Source: a virus. Taken from it: 64,000 nucleotides of DNA. Shown in pieces: positions 53,910 to 62,738 of this stretch. Numbering within the stretch: the first letter of the stretch is position 1; each line of letters starts with the position of its first letter. The stretch spans positions 64,001 to 128,000 of IMG/VR virus record IMGVR_UViG_3300015371_000001. One strand, written 5' to 3'. Below the pieces are notes generated by a model that did no database searches, had not been told where the DNA came from, and saw nothing but the letters and a program-made list of their open reading frames with translations. A program made the position numbers and the translations under genes.

Positions 53910-54383
53910 ATGAGCGCTCCGATTGAGGAGCCCGTGCTTCCCGTGTGGGAGGCCACCAAGCGAATCGAGGGCTGGAACCCGCACGAGATCTGGACGGCTT
54001 CGGTTGGTCCAGCACCAACGGCGGAGGATGTCCAGCGCGAGGACGAGAACCGCACGCACGAGATCCTGCTGTCGTCATCGCCGAATGTGCCGACGGCTCC
54101 GATGCCGACGATCATCTACGAGGGGCCGGTGATCAAGGACGAGGAGGTCGACACCAAGGTCATTGAGGGCCAGGTGATTGATGTCATCGAGACGCACGAC
54201 ACGGTCGTTCCGCCCAATCCACCGATGACTGACGAGGAGCTAGACCAGGCGGTGATCGACGCGGTCGAGCTAGGCAGCTTCAAGAGCGCCAACGCGCTTC
54301 ACAGTCATCTGCGGAAGTCCAACGCCATCTCCTACGACCGAGTCAACAAGGCGTGGAAGGCAGCGCATGACGGATCGGCGTAG
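53910..54383 (+). CDS. hypothetical protein
   Basis: RBS GGAG; possible C-terminal HTH. Confidence 0.6.
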   Translation: MSAPIEEPVLPVWEATKRIEGWNPHEIWTASVGPAPTAEDVQREDENRTHEILLSSSPNVPTAPMPTIIYEGPVIKDEEVDTKVIEGQVIDVIETHDTVVPPNPPMTDEELDQAVIDAVELGSFKSANALHSHLRKSNAISYDRVNKAWKAAHDGSA

Positions 54384-54852
54384 GCGGCGAGCACTGACGG
54401 GGCCTGGAGGCCGGACCATCTGGTACGGCTTCCACCTCAACCGTGTTCGGCCTGAGCCGTTGTTGGTCAGCCTGATGAAGTACGACCCGCGAGAAGATCG
54501 CATCCCGGTCGTACGCAGTGATCAGCAGGCCAACCTTTTGTCGTCGGAGACCCGACGAGGGACACACAAGCCGGTGATCGATCTCGATGTGCCGGTCAAG
54601 ATGATGTCGTCCACTGACAGGGACAAGCACCATCTCTACATCGACGTGGAGATGTCGTGGCTGAGATACGCCACGCTTCTCACGGCGCTCCGGTTCGCCG
54701 GGGTGATTGAGACCGGCTTCTGGGTTTGGTCTCTGCGCCGAGGGGCGAGCTTCGTTCGTCCTGTCGGCGTGATCAAGACACCTGAGGAGTACGCCCGTGC
54801 TCGGAACATCACGCACGGCTGGATTCGCAGGAGGAAGGAGGGGTCAGGTTGA
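54367..54852 (+). CDS. hypothetical phage protein
   Basis: HKPVIDLD.P...SST...HHLYID motif. Confidence 0.7.
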   Translation: MTDRRRRRALTGPGGRTIWYGFHLNRVRPEPLLVSLMKYDPREDRIPVVRSDQQANLLSSETRRGTHKPVIDLDVPVKMMSSTDRDKHHLYIDVEMSWLRYATLLTALRFAGVIETGFWVWSLRRGASFVRPVGVIKTPEEYARARNITHGWIRRRKEGSG

Positions 54853-55106
54853 GAGCTATCCCGCTCGTCCTGCTGGCCATGTTGTTCATCGCTGCGGCAA
54901 TCTTCGTGGTCGCTCGGGTCATCCCGAGCAAGCGTCGCGAGGAGACCCGACAGTTGCGGGCGCAAGCTCACGCTCATGTCGCCACGTTGATGGCGATTGA
55001 GACGCACGCCAAGCAGGCTATCGACGCTGACCCGAGCGATGTGCTGGCTCAGCAGATCCAGTACGAACTACAAGGGCTCAAGAGAGAGCTTGGAGGCAGT
55101 GAATGA
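54849..55106 (+). CDS. TM + helical protein
   Basis: N-terminal TM; precedes the SPFH gene. Confidence 0.65.
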   Translation: MRAIPLVLLAMLFIAAAIFVVARVIPSKRREETRQLRAQAHAHVATLMAIETHAKQAIDADPSDVLAQQIQYELQGLKRELGGSE

Positions 55107-56104
55107 GTTACGGCTACAACGAGCCTTGGTCCAAGAGGGCCAAGATCGGAGTCTGGGCAGTGGTGGGCTTTTGCCTGCTACTAGTGTTCGGACTCGTGAG
55201 TTGCGGCGCGATGTCGCACTACGAGACAGGTCCGGGAGAGACCGCTGTCCACGAGAGTGGCGGCATCATGTTTCCGGTCGACGCAAAGATCGTGGGGTGT
55301 ATCCCTCCGTCGAGCAACGGTTATGAAGGGCTCGGCGAGAAGTACATCAACTATCCGATCACACAGCGTACGTTCGAGTTCAGTGCGGACCAGGACGCGG
55401 ACTCCGGTCCGATTCAGGTGGTCGCGCCGAACAGCATCGACCCCAAGACGCATCAGAGCACCGGCACGGTGACGATGTCGGTCAGCGGAGTCGCGACGTT
55501 CACGCTCAACTCCATCTGTGACATCTTGAAGGAGTTCCAGCAGGACATCGGTCAGAAGCTCAACGCCGACACCGACGACGGCTGGACACGGTTGCTGAAC
55601 ACCTACTTCAAGCCCAGCATGGAGAAGGCACTGGACACCGCGACCAAGCAGTTCGAGTTCAACGGGCTGTACGCGAATCCGGACGTGAAGGAGCAGTGGG
55701 AGAACAAGGTCGGCGAGTTGTTCGCGCAGTACCTTCAGGCGTCAGCCGGAGGACCGTATTTCTGCGGACCTGACTTCCCTGGTCCCGGCGCGACCGAGGA
55801 CCAGTGCGGTGACGTGGCGCTGTTGATTCAGTCGCCGGACATCAGTGATGACCTGGAAGCGTCTATCGAGCAGCAGCAGATCGCGACCCAGGAGAACCTG
55901 GCAGCCAAGCGTCAGAAGGCGACGACGTTGACCCAGGCGCAAGCGCTCGCTCAGGCCGTCAAGCAGTGTCACTGCACCCCGCAGGAGTACGCGGCTCTGC
56001 TGGACGCTCAGGCGCGCGCTCAGGCCGTCCAGAACGGTGATGTGACGATGATCCTGCCTGGCGGGACCCCGTTGGCCATGTCGCCACCTGCGGCGCAGCG
56101 GTAA
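55103..56104 (+). CDS. SPFH/band-7 domain membrane protein
   Basis: N-terminal TM, beta-rich head, C-terminal Ala/Gln coiled coil. Confidence 0.7.
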   Translation: MSYGYNEPWSKRAKIGVWAVVGFCLLLVFGLVSCGAMSHYETGPGETAVHESGGIMFPVDAKIVGCIPPSSNGYEGLGEKYINYPITQRTFEFSADQDADSGPIQVVAPNSIDPKTHQSTGTVTMSVSGVATFTLNSICDILKEFQQDIGQKLNADTDDGWTRLLNTYFKPSMEKALDTATKQFEFNGLYANPDVKEQWENKVGELFAQYLQASAGGPYFCGPDFPGPGATEDQCGDVALLIQSPDISDDLEASIEQQQIATQENLAAKRQKATTLTQAQALAQAVKQCHCTPQEYAALLDAQARAQAVQNGDVTMILPGGTPLAMSPPAAQR

Positions 56105-56183
56105 GAGAATCGAGTTGTCGGTCATCTACACCTTGGCCTGATAGGCTTCAAGGTGTAGATTGATCGGCAAGGAGGCAGTACAC

Positions 56184-57245
56184 ATGGCAACTACCAAGAG
56201 CAAGACCGGCACTGACTACCTGCGGAAGCAGAGCGGTGCCACATCACAACCCAAGCAAGTTCTTCCCGACGACCCGTACAACTCCATTCAGACGGAGAAG
56301 TGGCTTCAGACCTTCGAGGGTCTGGAGTACGAGCCGCTGACGAAGATCAAGCGCACCGACATCGACATCCGTGCGAGCCGGGACAACCAGGCTCGTCCGG
56401 AGGCCGTCATTCAGGAAGTCGCCGAGCGATACGCGCTGGCGATGAAGAACGGTGCAGTGTTCCCGCCCGTTGTCGCGAAGCGCGAGAAGGGCAAGCTGGT
56501 CCTGATCGACGGCAACCACCGTGAGGCGGCGTCGAAGATCGCGCAAGGCACCGATGCCACGCTGATGGCGTTCATCGTCGCCGACGACACCGACTCCAGC
56601 ATCCTCTACGCGATGATGGTGGAGGCGAACGCGCTCCACGGCGAGGCAGCCGACGACGACTGGCGGCTCCAGCAGGCGGTTCGCTTGCAGTCGATGGGGT
56701 ACGACCCTATCCAGGCGTGCGCGCTGGCCGGAGTCAAGGAAGGTTCACTTCGGCGCTACAAGAGCCAGGTTACGGCGGAGCGGCGCGCTGAGCGTTTGCA
56801 CGTCCCTGGGTTCAAGGGCATCAAGTCGTCCATGACCAAGGTCGAGCTTGGCCGAATCAAGCTCGACACCGTGTTCGCGGCAGCGACGCAGTGCGTCCGG
56901 GAAACCGCGATGACGCACATGGAGGCGCAGCGGTTCGTCCGCGACATCAACCGGCTCAGCAATGAGGACGCGATGATCGCGCTCATCGCTGAGACGGCCA
57001 AGACGCGCAAGGCTCGTTTGCGCGAGGAGAAGGCCAAGGGCAGCGGCAAGTCGCCTCTGTCTAGTCCTCGTACGCAGTTCGCCACCAAGATCGGTGGGCT
57101 CCTCGCCATTGATGCGACTGAGCTTCGTGCGGCGGCGCTGACTGACATCGACCGTGTCACCATTTACCGTCGGGCGGAAGCAGGTCTCGAAAAGCTCATG
57201 GCCATCATGGCGCTGTTCGAGGAGGACGGAGTCGAAGGTGGCTGA
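56184..57245 (+). CDS. ParB/Srx-like N-terminal domain protein
   Basis: NQAR...YA.AM..G..FPP.V....LIDGNHR..A...AN..HG. Confidence 0.75.
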   Translation: MATTKSKTGTDYLRKQSGATSQPKQVLPDDPYNSIQTEKWLQTFEGLEYEPLTKIKRTDIDIRASRDNQARPEAVIQEVAERYALAMKNGAVFPPVVAKREKGKLVLIDGNHREAASKIAQGTDATLMAFIVADDTDSSILYAMMVEANALHGEAADDDWRLQQAVRLQSMGYDPIQACALAGVKEGSLRRYKSQVTAERRAERLHVPGFKGIKSSMTKVELGRIKLDTVFAAATQCVRETAMTHMEAQRFVRDINRLSNEDAMIALIAETAKTRKARLREEKAKGSGKSPLSSPRTQFATKIGGLLAIDATELRAAALTDIDRVTIYRRAEAGLEKLMAIMALFEEDGVEGG

Positions 57246-57747
57246 TCCTGGAGGACGTGAAGCTCGTCTGAGCAAGATGAGCGAAACGACCCGGTGGCTT
57301 TGGAGCCAGATGAGCTTCGAGTGGCAGCCGTTGGCTCCGCTCAAGGACCGGGCTCTGGATCTGTGCAACCCAGGAACAGCGTTCAAGCGCTACGAGCGGA
57401 ACGACGAGTCGTACCGGCGTAAGGCCGGAGCGAACGTGGCTGCTCCTCGACAACTCACCCGAGATCAGAAGGTGGAGTCGGGGAAGAAGATCATCGTCAA
57501 CGGCTCGTTGGCGACGCTGGTCGGACGCAACTCGCAGTATGGCGAGAAGCGCGAGATCGACGGGGTCACGATGATCCGGAAGAAGGCGGCGCGGATCGCG
57601 CCCGGAGACAACTGCCCGCACTGTGGCACTCCGGGTGAGCGAGCCGGTGTCGATGACGACGCCGTCATGGTGGCGGAGGTTGCTGAGGAGGCAGCCTTCG
57701 TCCCAAAAGATCTGCTCCCGAGAGGGAGCCTGAGCCAAGCAGCGTAG
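57238..57747 (+). CDS. hypothetical protein (CPHC)
   Basis: Overlaps the ParB-like gene stop. Confidence 0.6.
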   Translation: MADPGGREARLSKMSETTRWLWSQMSFEWQPLAPLKDRALDLCNPGTAFKRYERNDESYRRKAGANVAAPRQLTRDQKVESGKKIIVNGSLATLVGRNSQYGEKREIDGVTMIRKKAARIAPGDNCPHCGTPGERAGVDDDAVMVAEVAEEAAFVPKDLLPRGSLSQAA

Positions 57748-57970
57748 CTCCTCCCCTGAACGACTCGACGCGGCACGGCGTACGCGCCAAGATGTTGCGC
57801 GAGGTGGTCCGGGAGATCGAGCGGCAGCACCGAGACATTCGGATTCAGCAGCGTGGTCCGGTGGCGACATTCGCCGATCAACCACTTCGAGACCTGGAGG
57901 ACACCTTCCGGGACTGGATTCGAGAGGAGGGTGGCTGATGCGCGGCTCTCATTGGGACTGAACCAAGACA

Positions 57971-58003
57971 GGAATCCCCGGCCTCACGCAGGCCGGGGAT
58001 TCC
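57971..58003 (+). terminator. stem-loop terminator
   Basis: GGAATCCCCGGCCT / AGGCCGGGGATTCC perfect 14-bp inverted repeat. Confidence 0.75.
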
Positions 58004-58086
58004 GCGTTGTTGAAGGTCGGCAACTGCTAATCTATGCTGTCTAGTAACACATGGTCTCTTTGGAGACTGAACTGGAGGCAGCACCC

Positions 58087-58566
58087 ATGCCAGCAACCAC
58101 CAAGGCAATCAACACCAACCGGTACCGGATTCGTCGTGGCGACAGCGAGACGCTGAAGGCGATCCTCGCTGAGGCCGAGCACCGGCACCGTGATCTCAAG
58201 CGGCACGCTCCTGACGCCTACGCCCACCGTGTGTGGGAGGACGTGATCAAGGAGGCCGACGAGAAGAAGATCGCGGACCAGATCCCCGGCACCGTCGGCT
58301 ACACGTTCAAGGTCAAGTACGGGCGTCAGGGCAAGCCTGGTCGTCCCCCGGCTCACCGTGAGGTCCGGCTGGGCTCGAAGCAGGTCGAGTTGGTCGACAA
58401 CATGGATCTCCCTGAGCACGCCACCCTGGACAGGGTCGGCAAGAAGCTCGTGTTCCGTGCTCGTACTCCGGTCGTTCGCGCCGTCCGTTCGGCGGCTCGT
58501 TCTGCGCCGGACAGCAAGTCCCGAGAGTCGCTGGACCGGCTCCTGAAGTCCGTGCTCGAAACCTGA
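58087..58566 (+). CDS. basic hypothetical protein
   Basis: GGAGGCAGC RBS; flanked by terminators. Confidence 0.7.
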   Translation: MPATTKAINTNRYRIRRGDSETLKAILAEAEHRHRDLKRHAPDAYAHRVWEDVIKEADEKKIADQIPGTVGYTFKVKYGRQGKPGRPPAHREVRLGSKQVELVDNMDLPEHATLDRVGKKLVFRARTPVVRAVRSAARSAPDSKSRESLDRLLKSVLET

Positions 58567-58587
58567 GTCCGGCCTTCGTCCCCCTGG

Positions 58588-58619
58588 TCGGCCCGTCATC
58601 TACTGTGATGGCGGGCCGA
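58588..58619 (+). terminator. stem-loop terminator
   Basis: TCGGCCCGTCATC / GATGGCGGGCCGA. Confidence 0.65.
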
Positions 58620-58660
58620 TCTTCATGTTCGGCGGTATTAAACCAAGCAGGAGGTCGTGC

Positions 58661-59485
58661 ATGAGGTACCTAGAGGTTGATCCGGAGTCATTCATTCATC
58701 CGGAGCAGGAGGAGCCAGCCCACGGGCGTGGAGCCTGGAACCGGAACGGGATGGAGTGGACCTGGCGCTACGAGTACAACCGGGGCGAGACGGTGTTGGG
58801 GTCCGAGTGCGAGAAGTCCCTGGACCATTGGGCCGTCGGTGCCGGAGTACGAGCTATCCAGTACCGGCTGTCGTCGCTGGGGATCGATCACTTCCCGGTG
58901 GAGGCTCGGGGCGTGTTCAACCGGCGTACGCAAGAGGCCGTCAGAACGTTCCAGGGGCTCCACAAGGACCCGAAGGACGGTAAGCCCCTGGAGGCGGACG
59001 GAACGGTCGGCACAAGCGACGCCAGGGCGTTGTGGACGCCGGTCATCGACAACGCCGAGGACTCCAACCGCATCCCCAACCACTACTGCCGAGGTCAGAT
59101 CGCCCATGAGTCACAGCTAGACCCAGGCGCTCTGGGATCGCTGGCGTACGACGAGGACGACCCAGACAATCCACGTCCTCCGGAGGACCGGTACAACGGC
59201 TTCGACCGAGGGCTCGCGCAGATCAACAGCGAGGCGCTTCACACCATCGAGTGGGTCTGGTGCTTTAGGCCGTGGTTCGCGATCAACTTCGCGGCGGAGA
59301 AGCTGCGCGACTCGCGTAACGCGCTGGGCGTCAAGTATCCGGACCAGGACCCGGCTGTGTTGTGGGATGCCGCGATCTGCTCCCACAACTCTCCGGTGCG
59401 TGGTGATCTCTGGGCGAAGCACGGTGAGGCTCCGACGGCGCAGGCAGCGGCGTACGTCCAGGGCGTGAAGGATGCCATCTACTAG
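58661..59485 (+). CDS. endolysin-like protein: PG-binding domain + lysozyme/SLT-like domain
   Basis: VRAIQ.RL..LG...G.F...T..AVR.FQ...L.ADG.VG; HES..DP.A...DRGLAQIN...HN. Confidence 0.8.
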   Translation: MRYLEVDPESFIHPEQEEPAHGRGAWNRNGMEWTWRYEYNRGETVLGSECEKSLDHWAVGAGVRAIQYRLSSLGIDHFPVEARGVFNRRTQEAVRTFQGLHKDPKDGKPLEADGTVGTSDARALWTPVIDNAEDSNRIPNHYCRGQIAHESQLDPGALGSLAYDEDDPDNPRPPEDRYNGFDRGLAQINSEALHTIEWVWCFRPWFAINFAAEKLRDSRNALGVKYPDQDPAVLWDAAICSHNSPVRGDLWAKHGEAPTAQAAAYVQGVKDAIY

Positions 59486-60098
59486 GCTCCGGAAGCCGAG
59501 TCCGGTCACCCTCGCCAACGAGAAGGTGCCCATCGTCGCGCTCTGCCGGTACCTGGGGATGGACCTGCCGGACTACACCTCCGGCAACATCAAGACGTAC
59601 TGCCCGTTCGGCGACGTGGAGCACTCCGATCAGGGGATGGAGGCTGCGTTCCGCGTCTACCCCGAGCCGAACAACGCCTACTGCTTCGCCTGTGGTCTGT
59701 TCTTCTCGCCGGTCAGCCTTGCGGCCAAGGCGTGGGACATGACGCGGCGAGAAGCTGCGGTCAATCTCTTGGATTGGATCGGGTTTAAACCGCTATCTCT
59801 GGCAGAGGAGTGGGAGAATGTCGTCAACCCGGTGCCGGTCATCGACAAGGAGTCGTTGGGGCTCGCACTCAGGGTGTATGTCGAGAGGATCAGCCCAGGG
59901 TGGGCTGCGCAAGAGGTGGAGGACGGCTATCCCCAGCGTCAACTGACCAGGTGTTTGGCGCTGCTCGATAGAGTCACGACAGAGGCGGAGGCGCAAGTAT
60001 GGCTGGCTCGCTGTCGTGAGGTCATGTCTGACGCGATAGGAGTAGCGACGGATGCCACGCAAGATCAAGCCGGTGCCAGGGTGGATCACCCTAGCTGA
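59472..60098 (+). CDS. CHC2 zinc-finger primase N-terminal domain protein (no TOPRIM)
   Basis: CPF...H.D...AF.VY....AYCFAC. Confidence 0.75.
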   Translation: MPSTRLRKPSPVTLANEKVPIVALCRYLGMDLPDYTSGNIKTYCPFGDVEHSDQGMEAAFRVYPEPNNAYCFACGLFFSPVSLAAKAWDMTRREAAVNLLDWIGFKPLSLAEEWENVVNPVPVIDKESLGLALRVYVERISPGWAAQEVEDGYPQRQLTRCLALLDRVTTEAEAQVWLARCREVMSDAIGVATDATQDQAGARVDHPS

Positions 60099-60291
60099 GG
60101 CGGCAGAGGAGCTAGGACTATCCAAACAAGCCGTCCACAAGTGGGTCAAAGACGACAAGTTCAAGACTCTGGCCACCCTAGGGAAGAAGCGAATCTACTG
60201 CGTACGACCAAAAGAGGTCGCGGAAATAAAGGCGGCGCGCGAGGCCGTTGCTCAGCTAAGACAGACTTCCCAGCCTGCGGGGAGCGACTGA
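60052..60291 (+). CDS. excisionase-like HTH DNA-binding protein
   Basis: WITLAEAAEELGLSKQAVHKWV. Confidence 0.8.
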   Translation: MPRKIKPVPGWITLAEAAEELGLSKQAVHKWVKDDKFKTLATLGKKRIYCVRPKEVAEIKAAREAVAQLRQTSQPAGSD

Positions 60292-60402
60292 TCCGGTCAC
60301 GGGTTACAGCCGAAAGAGCAGGAAGCGCTACACCGCTGTCAGGTGGGAGGGTGGGCGGTCCACCCGTACGCAACCACGTCAGCACAGGTCAAGGCCCGAG
60401 TT

Positions 60403-60430
60403 GCCCCAGGCGAGTAGGAGCCTGGGGCTT
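60403..60430 (+). terminator. stem-loop
   Basis: GCCCCAGGC / GCCTGGGGC followed by TT. Confidence 0.55.
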
Positions 60431-60493
60431 CACGATGTAGACGGTCGGCAACTAGGCGACAGGTACACTAGAGCGGTATGAAGGAGGCAGCAT

Positions 60494-60766
60494 ATGGCTG
60501 AGACAGTCCAGGGGTTTAAGTTCCCTAGTCGGTATCCGTGGGACCAGTGGGCCAACGGTGAGCAGTGGAAGTTGAAGCAGGGCGAGGACTTCCATGTGGG
60601 TACCAAGTCGTTCCGAGGAGCGGCCTGGCAGCACGCTCGGAGTAACAACCTTGGTCTCAGCACGTCCGTTGTTCGCGAGGACGGGGCGACCTACATGGTG
60701 GTTCAGTTCTCCAAGTCTGAGTCGGACCGGATTAGTCCGGGGTGGTCATCGACCCCCGAAGGTTGA
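60494..60766 (+). CDS. hypothetical protein (YPWD.W.NG..W.L..G.DF; possibly DNA-binding)
   Basis: AAGGAGGCAGC RBS. Confidence 0.75.
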   Translation: MAETVQGFKFPSRYPWDQWANGEQWKLKQGEDFHVGTKSFRGAAWQHARSNNLGLSTSVVREDGATYMVVQFSKSESDRISPGWSSTPEG

Positions 60767-60789
60767 CATCTGTCTACCTGAGCTATTAT
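60763..60789 (+). promoter_or_regulatory. sigma-70-type promoter candidate
   Basis: TTGACA at 60763 and TATTAT at 60784 (15-nt spacer, shorter than ideal). Confidence 0.4.
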
Positions 60790-60809
60790 GGGCTCAGGAG
60801 GCAGTAATC

Positions 60810-61382
60810 ATGACTAATCACACACAAAACCGAGGGCGCGTTGCGCTCCTCAAGCTCCTCAGGATTCCGCTGTGGGTGGCGGTCGCCGCTTTGATGACTC
60901 CGACCTTGTCGAGCGCCGATGAGTCGTTGTCGGCACGGCAGGTGACTTCGGTCCCGCAGGCGACGCCTGATTTCAAGTCCAGCAATACGGTCGTGTTCGA
61001 TTTGGCTCCGTCGGTCGACGGTGCCTGGAAGGTCGGCGCGGCGGTTCACTCGATGGAGAACAAGGCACCGGCTCTGCCGAACCTGATCATCGGGAACTGT
61101 GGGGCTCACCCGAGCGCCGGATGCGTCAAGGTGAATCAGATCAATAAGGCCAAGCCGTGGTGGTACCGCTGGGACACCCAGGAGGCCATCGACTACGGCA
61201 AGATCACCCTCAACGCGCGACACGGGAAGTCCAAGCGCGCCTCGTGTGACGCCACGGCTCAGGTCATCGCTATCGTGGCCCACCACAGGCGAGGCAAGGG
61301 CTGTACTCGGGTCAACGCTCCGGCGTCAGCCAAGGAGTTGGGTGGGGCGGCAGCCTTGGCGATTCAGAACGCCTACAACTAG
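60810..61382 (+). CDS. secreted protein
   Basis: Signal peptide; GGAGGCAG RBS; paired Cys residues. Confidence 0.7.
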   Translation: MTNHTQNRGRVALLKLLRIPLWVAVAALMTPTLSSADESLSARQVTSVPQATPDFKSSNTVVFDLAPSVDGAWKVGAAVHSMENKAPALPNLIIGNCGAHPSAGCVKVNQINKAKPWWYRWDTQEAIDYGKITLNARHGKSKRASCDATAQVIAIVAHHRRGKGCTRVNAPASAKELGGAAALAIQNAYN

Positions 61383-61403
61383 GGGAAGTCTCCGCAAAAG
61401 CCG

Positions 61404-61625
61404 ATGATCTACCTAGGGGTAGCTGTGGCTATTCCGGCTCTCCTCGCCCTTTGGTATCACCTACTACTCGTTTTGGAGAGAAGGGACCGGACGTGGTTCA
61501 GAAAACAGCCACGGCACCGACAACGACGGCGCTCGCGCCGACGGCTGATCAGACCGGCGTTCTCTGGCCTGGTGGTCGGCCTGATGCTGGCGTGGGTGGC
61601 GGCTGGAATCTGGGCTTCAGGATGA
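61404..61625 (+). CDS. small 2-TM protein
   Basis: Two hydrophobic segments around an Arg-rich loop. Confidence 0.55.
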   Translation: MIYLGVAVAIPALLALWYHLLLVLERRDRTWFRKQPRHRQRRRSRRRLIRPAFSGLVVGLMLAWVAAGIWASG

Positions 61626-61765
61626 CGGACCAGGCTCACTCGGAGGGTAGTCACCAGCCGAGGGAGTCGTCGGTCCGTTGTCTGCGTTGTCTGGTGCGGA
61701 ACACCTACAACGTGCATGGGATCTGTGACCGTTGTGGACCGGAGACTTGCGACTTCTGCCGGTAG
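61622..61765 (+). CDS. small Zn-finger protein
   Basis: CLRC, CDRC, CDFC. Confidence 0.5.
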   Translation: MTDQAHSEGSHQPRESSVRCLRCLVRNTYNVHGICDRCGPETCDFCR

Positions 61766-61808
61766 ATATTCTTGGCCTCATCGTCTAAGATTGCGGTGGA
61801 GGCAGCAG

Positions 61809-62015
61809 ATGATCACACACGCACCGCGCAACCCGGATGTCACTCAGTGCGGTCAGGAATTGACCAAGGTGGCGACCGCGTACAACCCAACGTGCTTCAG
61901 GTGTAAGCACAAGGAGCAGCGGCGTCTGAGGGAGTGGCGAGAGGCCAACGACCCCACGGAGGGCCGTGACGAACGACCCACACCTTCGACGCACTGGCCC
62001 AGGCAGGATGCATGA
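61809..62015 (+). CDS. small Zn-finger protein
   Basis: H...CG...TC..C; GGAGGCAGC RBS. Confidence 0.6.
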   Translation: MITHAPRNPDVTQCGQELTKVATAYNPTCFRCKHKEQRRLREWREANDPTEGRDERPTPSTHWPRQDA

Positions 62016-62029
62016 CGTACGCTGGGTAC

Positions 62030-62155
62030 GTAGCTCAGTCGTGCAGTGTGGCTGCCTCCAACTCGCCTAGCGGCGAGCCAGTTATCACACGGCGTTCTGA
62101 GCGCCAGTGGCCCCGCGCCCGGTTTCTCCGGAGAGCGCGGGGCCGCTCTTTTTTT
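62030..62155 (+). ncRNA. candidate small RNA antisense to the GGAGGCAG(C/T) RBS motif
   Basis: Intergenic; carries GTGGCTGCCTCCAACTCGCC, a nested stem structure and a GC stem + T7 terminator. Confidence 0.6.
62106..62155 (+). terminator. intrinsic terminator
   Basis: AGTGGCCCCGCGC / GCGCGGGGCCGCT stem followed by TTTTTTT. Confidence 0.85.
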
Positions 62156-62196
62156 GAACTGCTAGAGAAATATGTCTCCGGTGAGTAGAAGGTGGT

Positions 62197-62481
62197 GTGC
62201 CTGGTCGCTGCGCTGGTTGTGGGGAGACGGACTCCTCGTGCAAGCGAGTGAAGCAGCACGTCATGAACTGCGCGTCGTACCTGGATCTGTTCCGGTCTCA
62301 TCCGGAGCGAGCGCTGGAGCCGAAGGCGGAGTATGACCGGTGGCGTCGAGAGGACATGTCGCCGGAGGCGAAGGATCAGCGGAAGGCCAAGCGGCTGGCT
62401 GGCACCTTCGCCCGTCTCGACCGAGAGCGGGACAAGCAGGCTAGGCGGTGGGAGACCCCGCCCGATCCTCTGGAGGACTGA
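62197..62481 (+). CDS. Zn-finger-like protein
   Basis: CAGC...H...C. Confidence 0.65.
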   Translation: MPGRCAGCGETDSSCKRVKQHVMNCASYLDLFRSHPERALEPKAEYDRWRREDMSPEAKDQRKAKRLAGTFARLDRERDKQARRWETPPDPLED

Positions 62482-62738
62482 TGTCGCGTAGTGCGTCGAT
62501 GAAGCAGAGTCGACAAGACAAGCTGGACCGGATCTTCAAGGGCCGTCGGTGGCGGCTGGAGCGTGAGGTCCATCTGCCGGAGGGTCAGGTCTTTCAGACT
62601 CCCCTCGGAACGAAGGGCCGACACGGGTATCTGATCTTCGATCCGGACGACCCTGGCACGAAGTACGTGGTTGGCGCTAGGCTCATGCGCCTGGTCCACG
62701 ATGAGTACGACCAGGACCTTCCAATCCCGAACAGCTAG
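62481..62738 (+). CDS. hypothetical protein
   Basis: TGATG coupling; RBS GGAGG. Confidence 0.65.
   Translation: MSRSASMKQSRQDKLDRIFKGRRWRLEREVHLPEGQVFQTPLGTKGRHGYLIFDPDDPGTKYVVGARLMRLVHDEYDQDLPIPNS

Noticed and set aside
24648-57695. GGAGGCAG copies at 24648, 52087 and 57687
   Set aside because: They lie inside coding sequence without a suitably placed gene start, so they were not counted as start-associated sites.
60052-60291. Xis-like HTH as evidence of a prophage or integration module
   Set aside because: No integrase, att site or host genes are seen in the window, so lifestyle cannot be determined.
61798-61808. GGAGGCAGCAG equals part of the conserved 16S rRNA 338/341F primer site
   Set aside because: There is no flanking rRNA sequence, and it is same-sense to rRNA so cannot pair with it. 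Treated as coincidence.
62024-62113. tRNA-like look of the candidate sRNA (GGGTACG-TAGCTCAGTCG, CTCCAAC loop with CCA, GGCG-TTCTGAG-CGCC)
   Set aside because: The D, anticodon and acceptor stems do not pair properly and the T-loop is non-canonical, so it is not a functional tRNA-Trp. A tRNA-derived origin cannot be excluded without tRNAscan/Infernal.
62035-62301. Minus-strand 88-aa ORF covering the antisense motif
   Set aside because: No RBS, it overlaps + strand gene 62197 and a + strand terminator, and it has no protein-like features.
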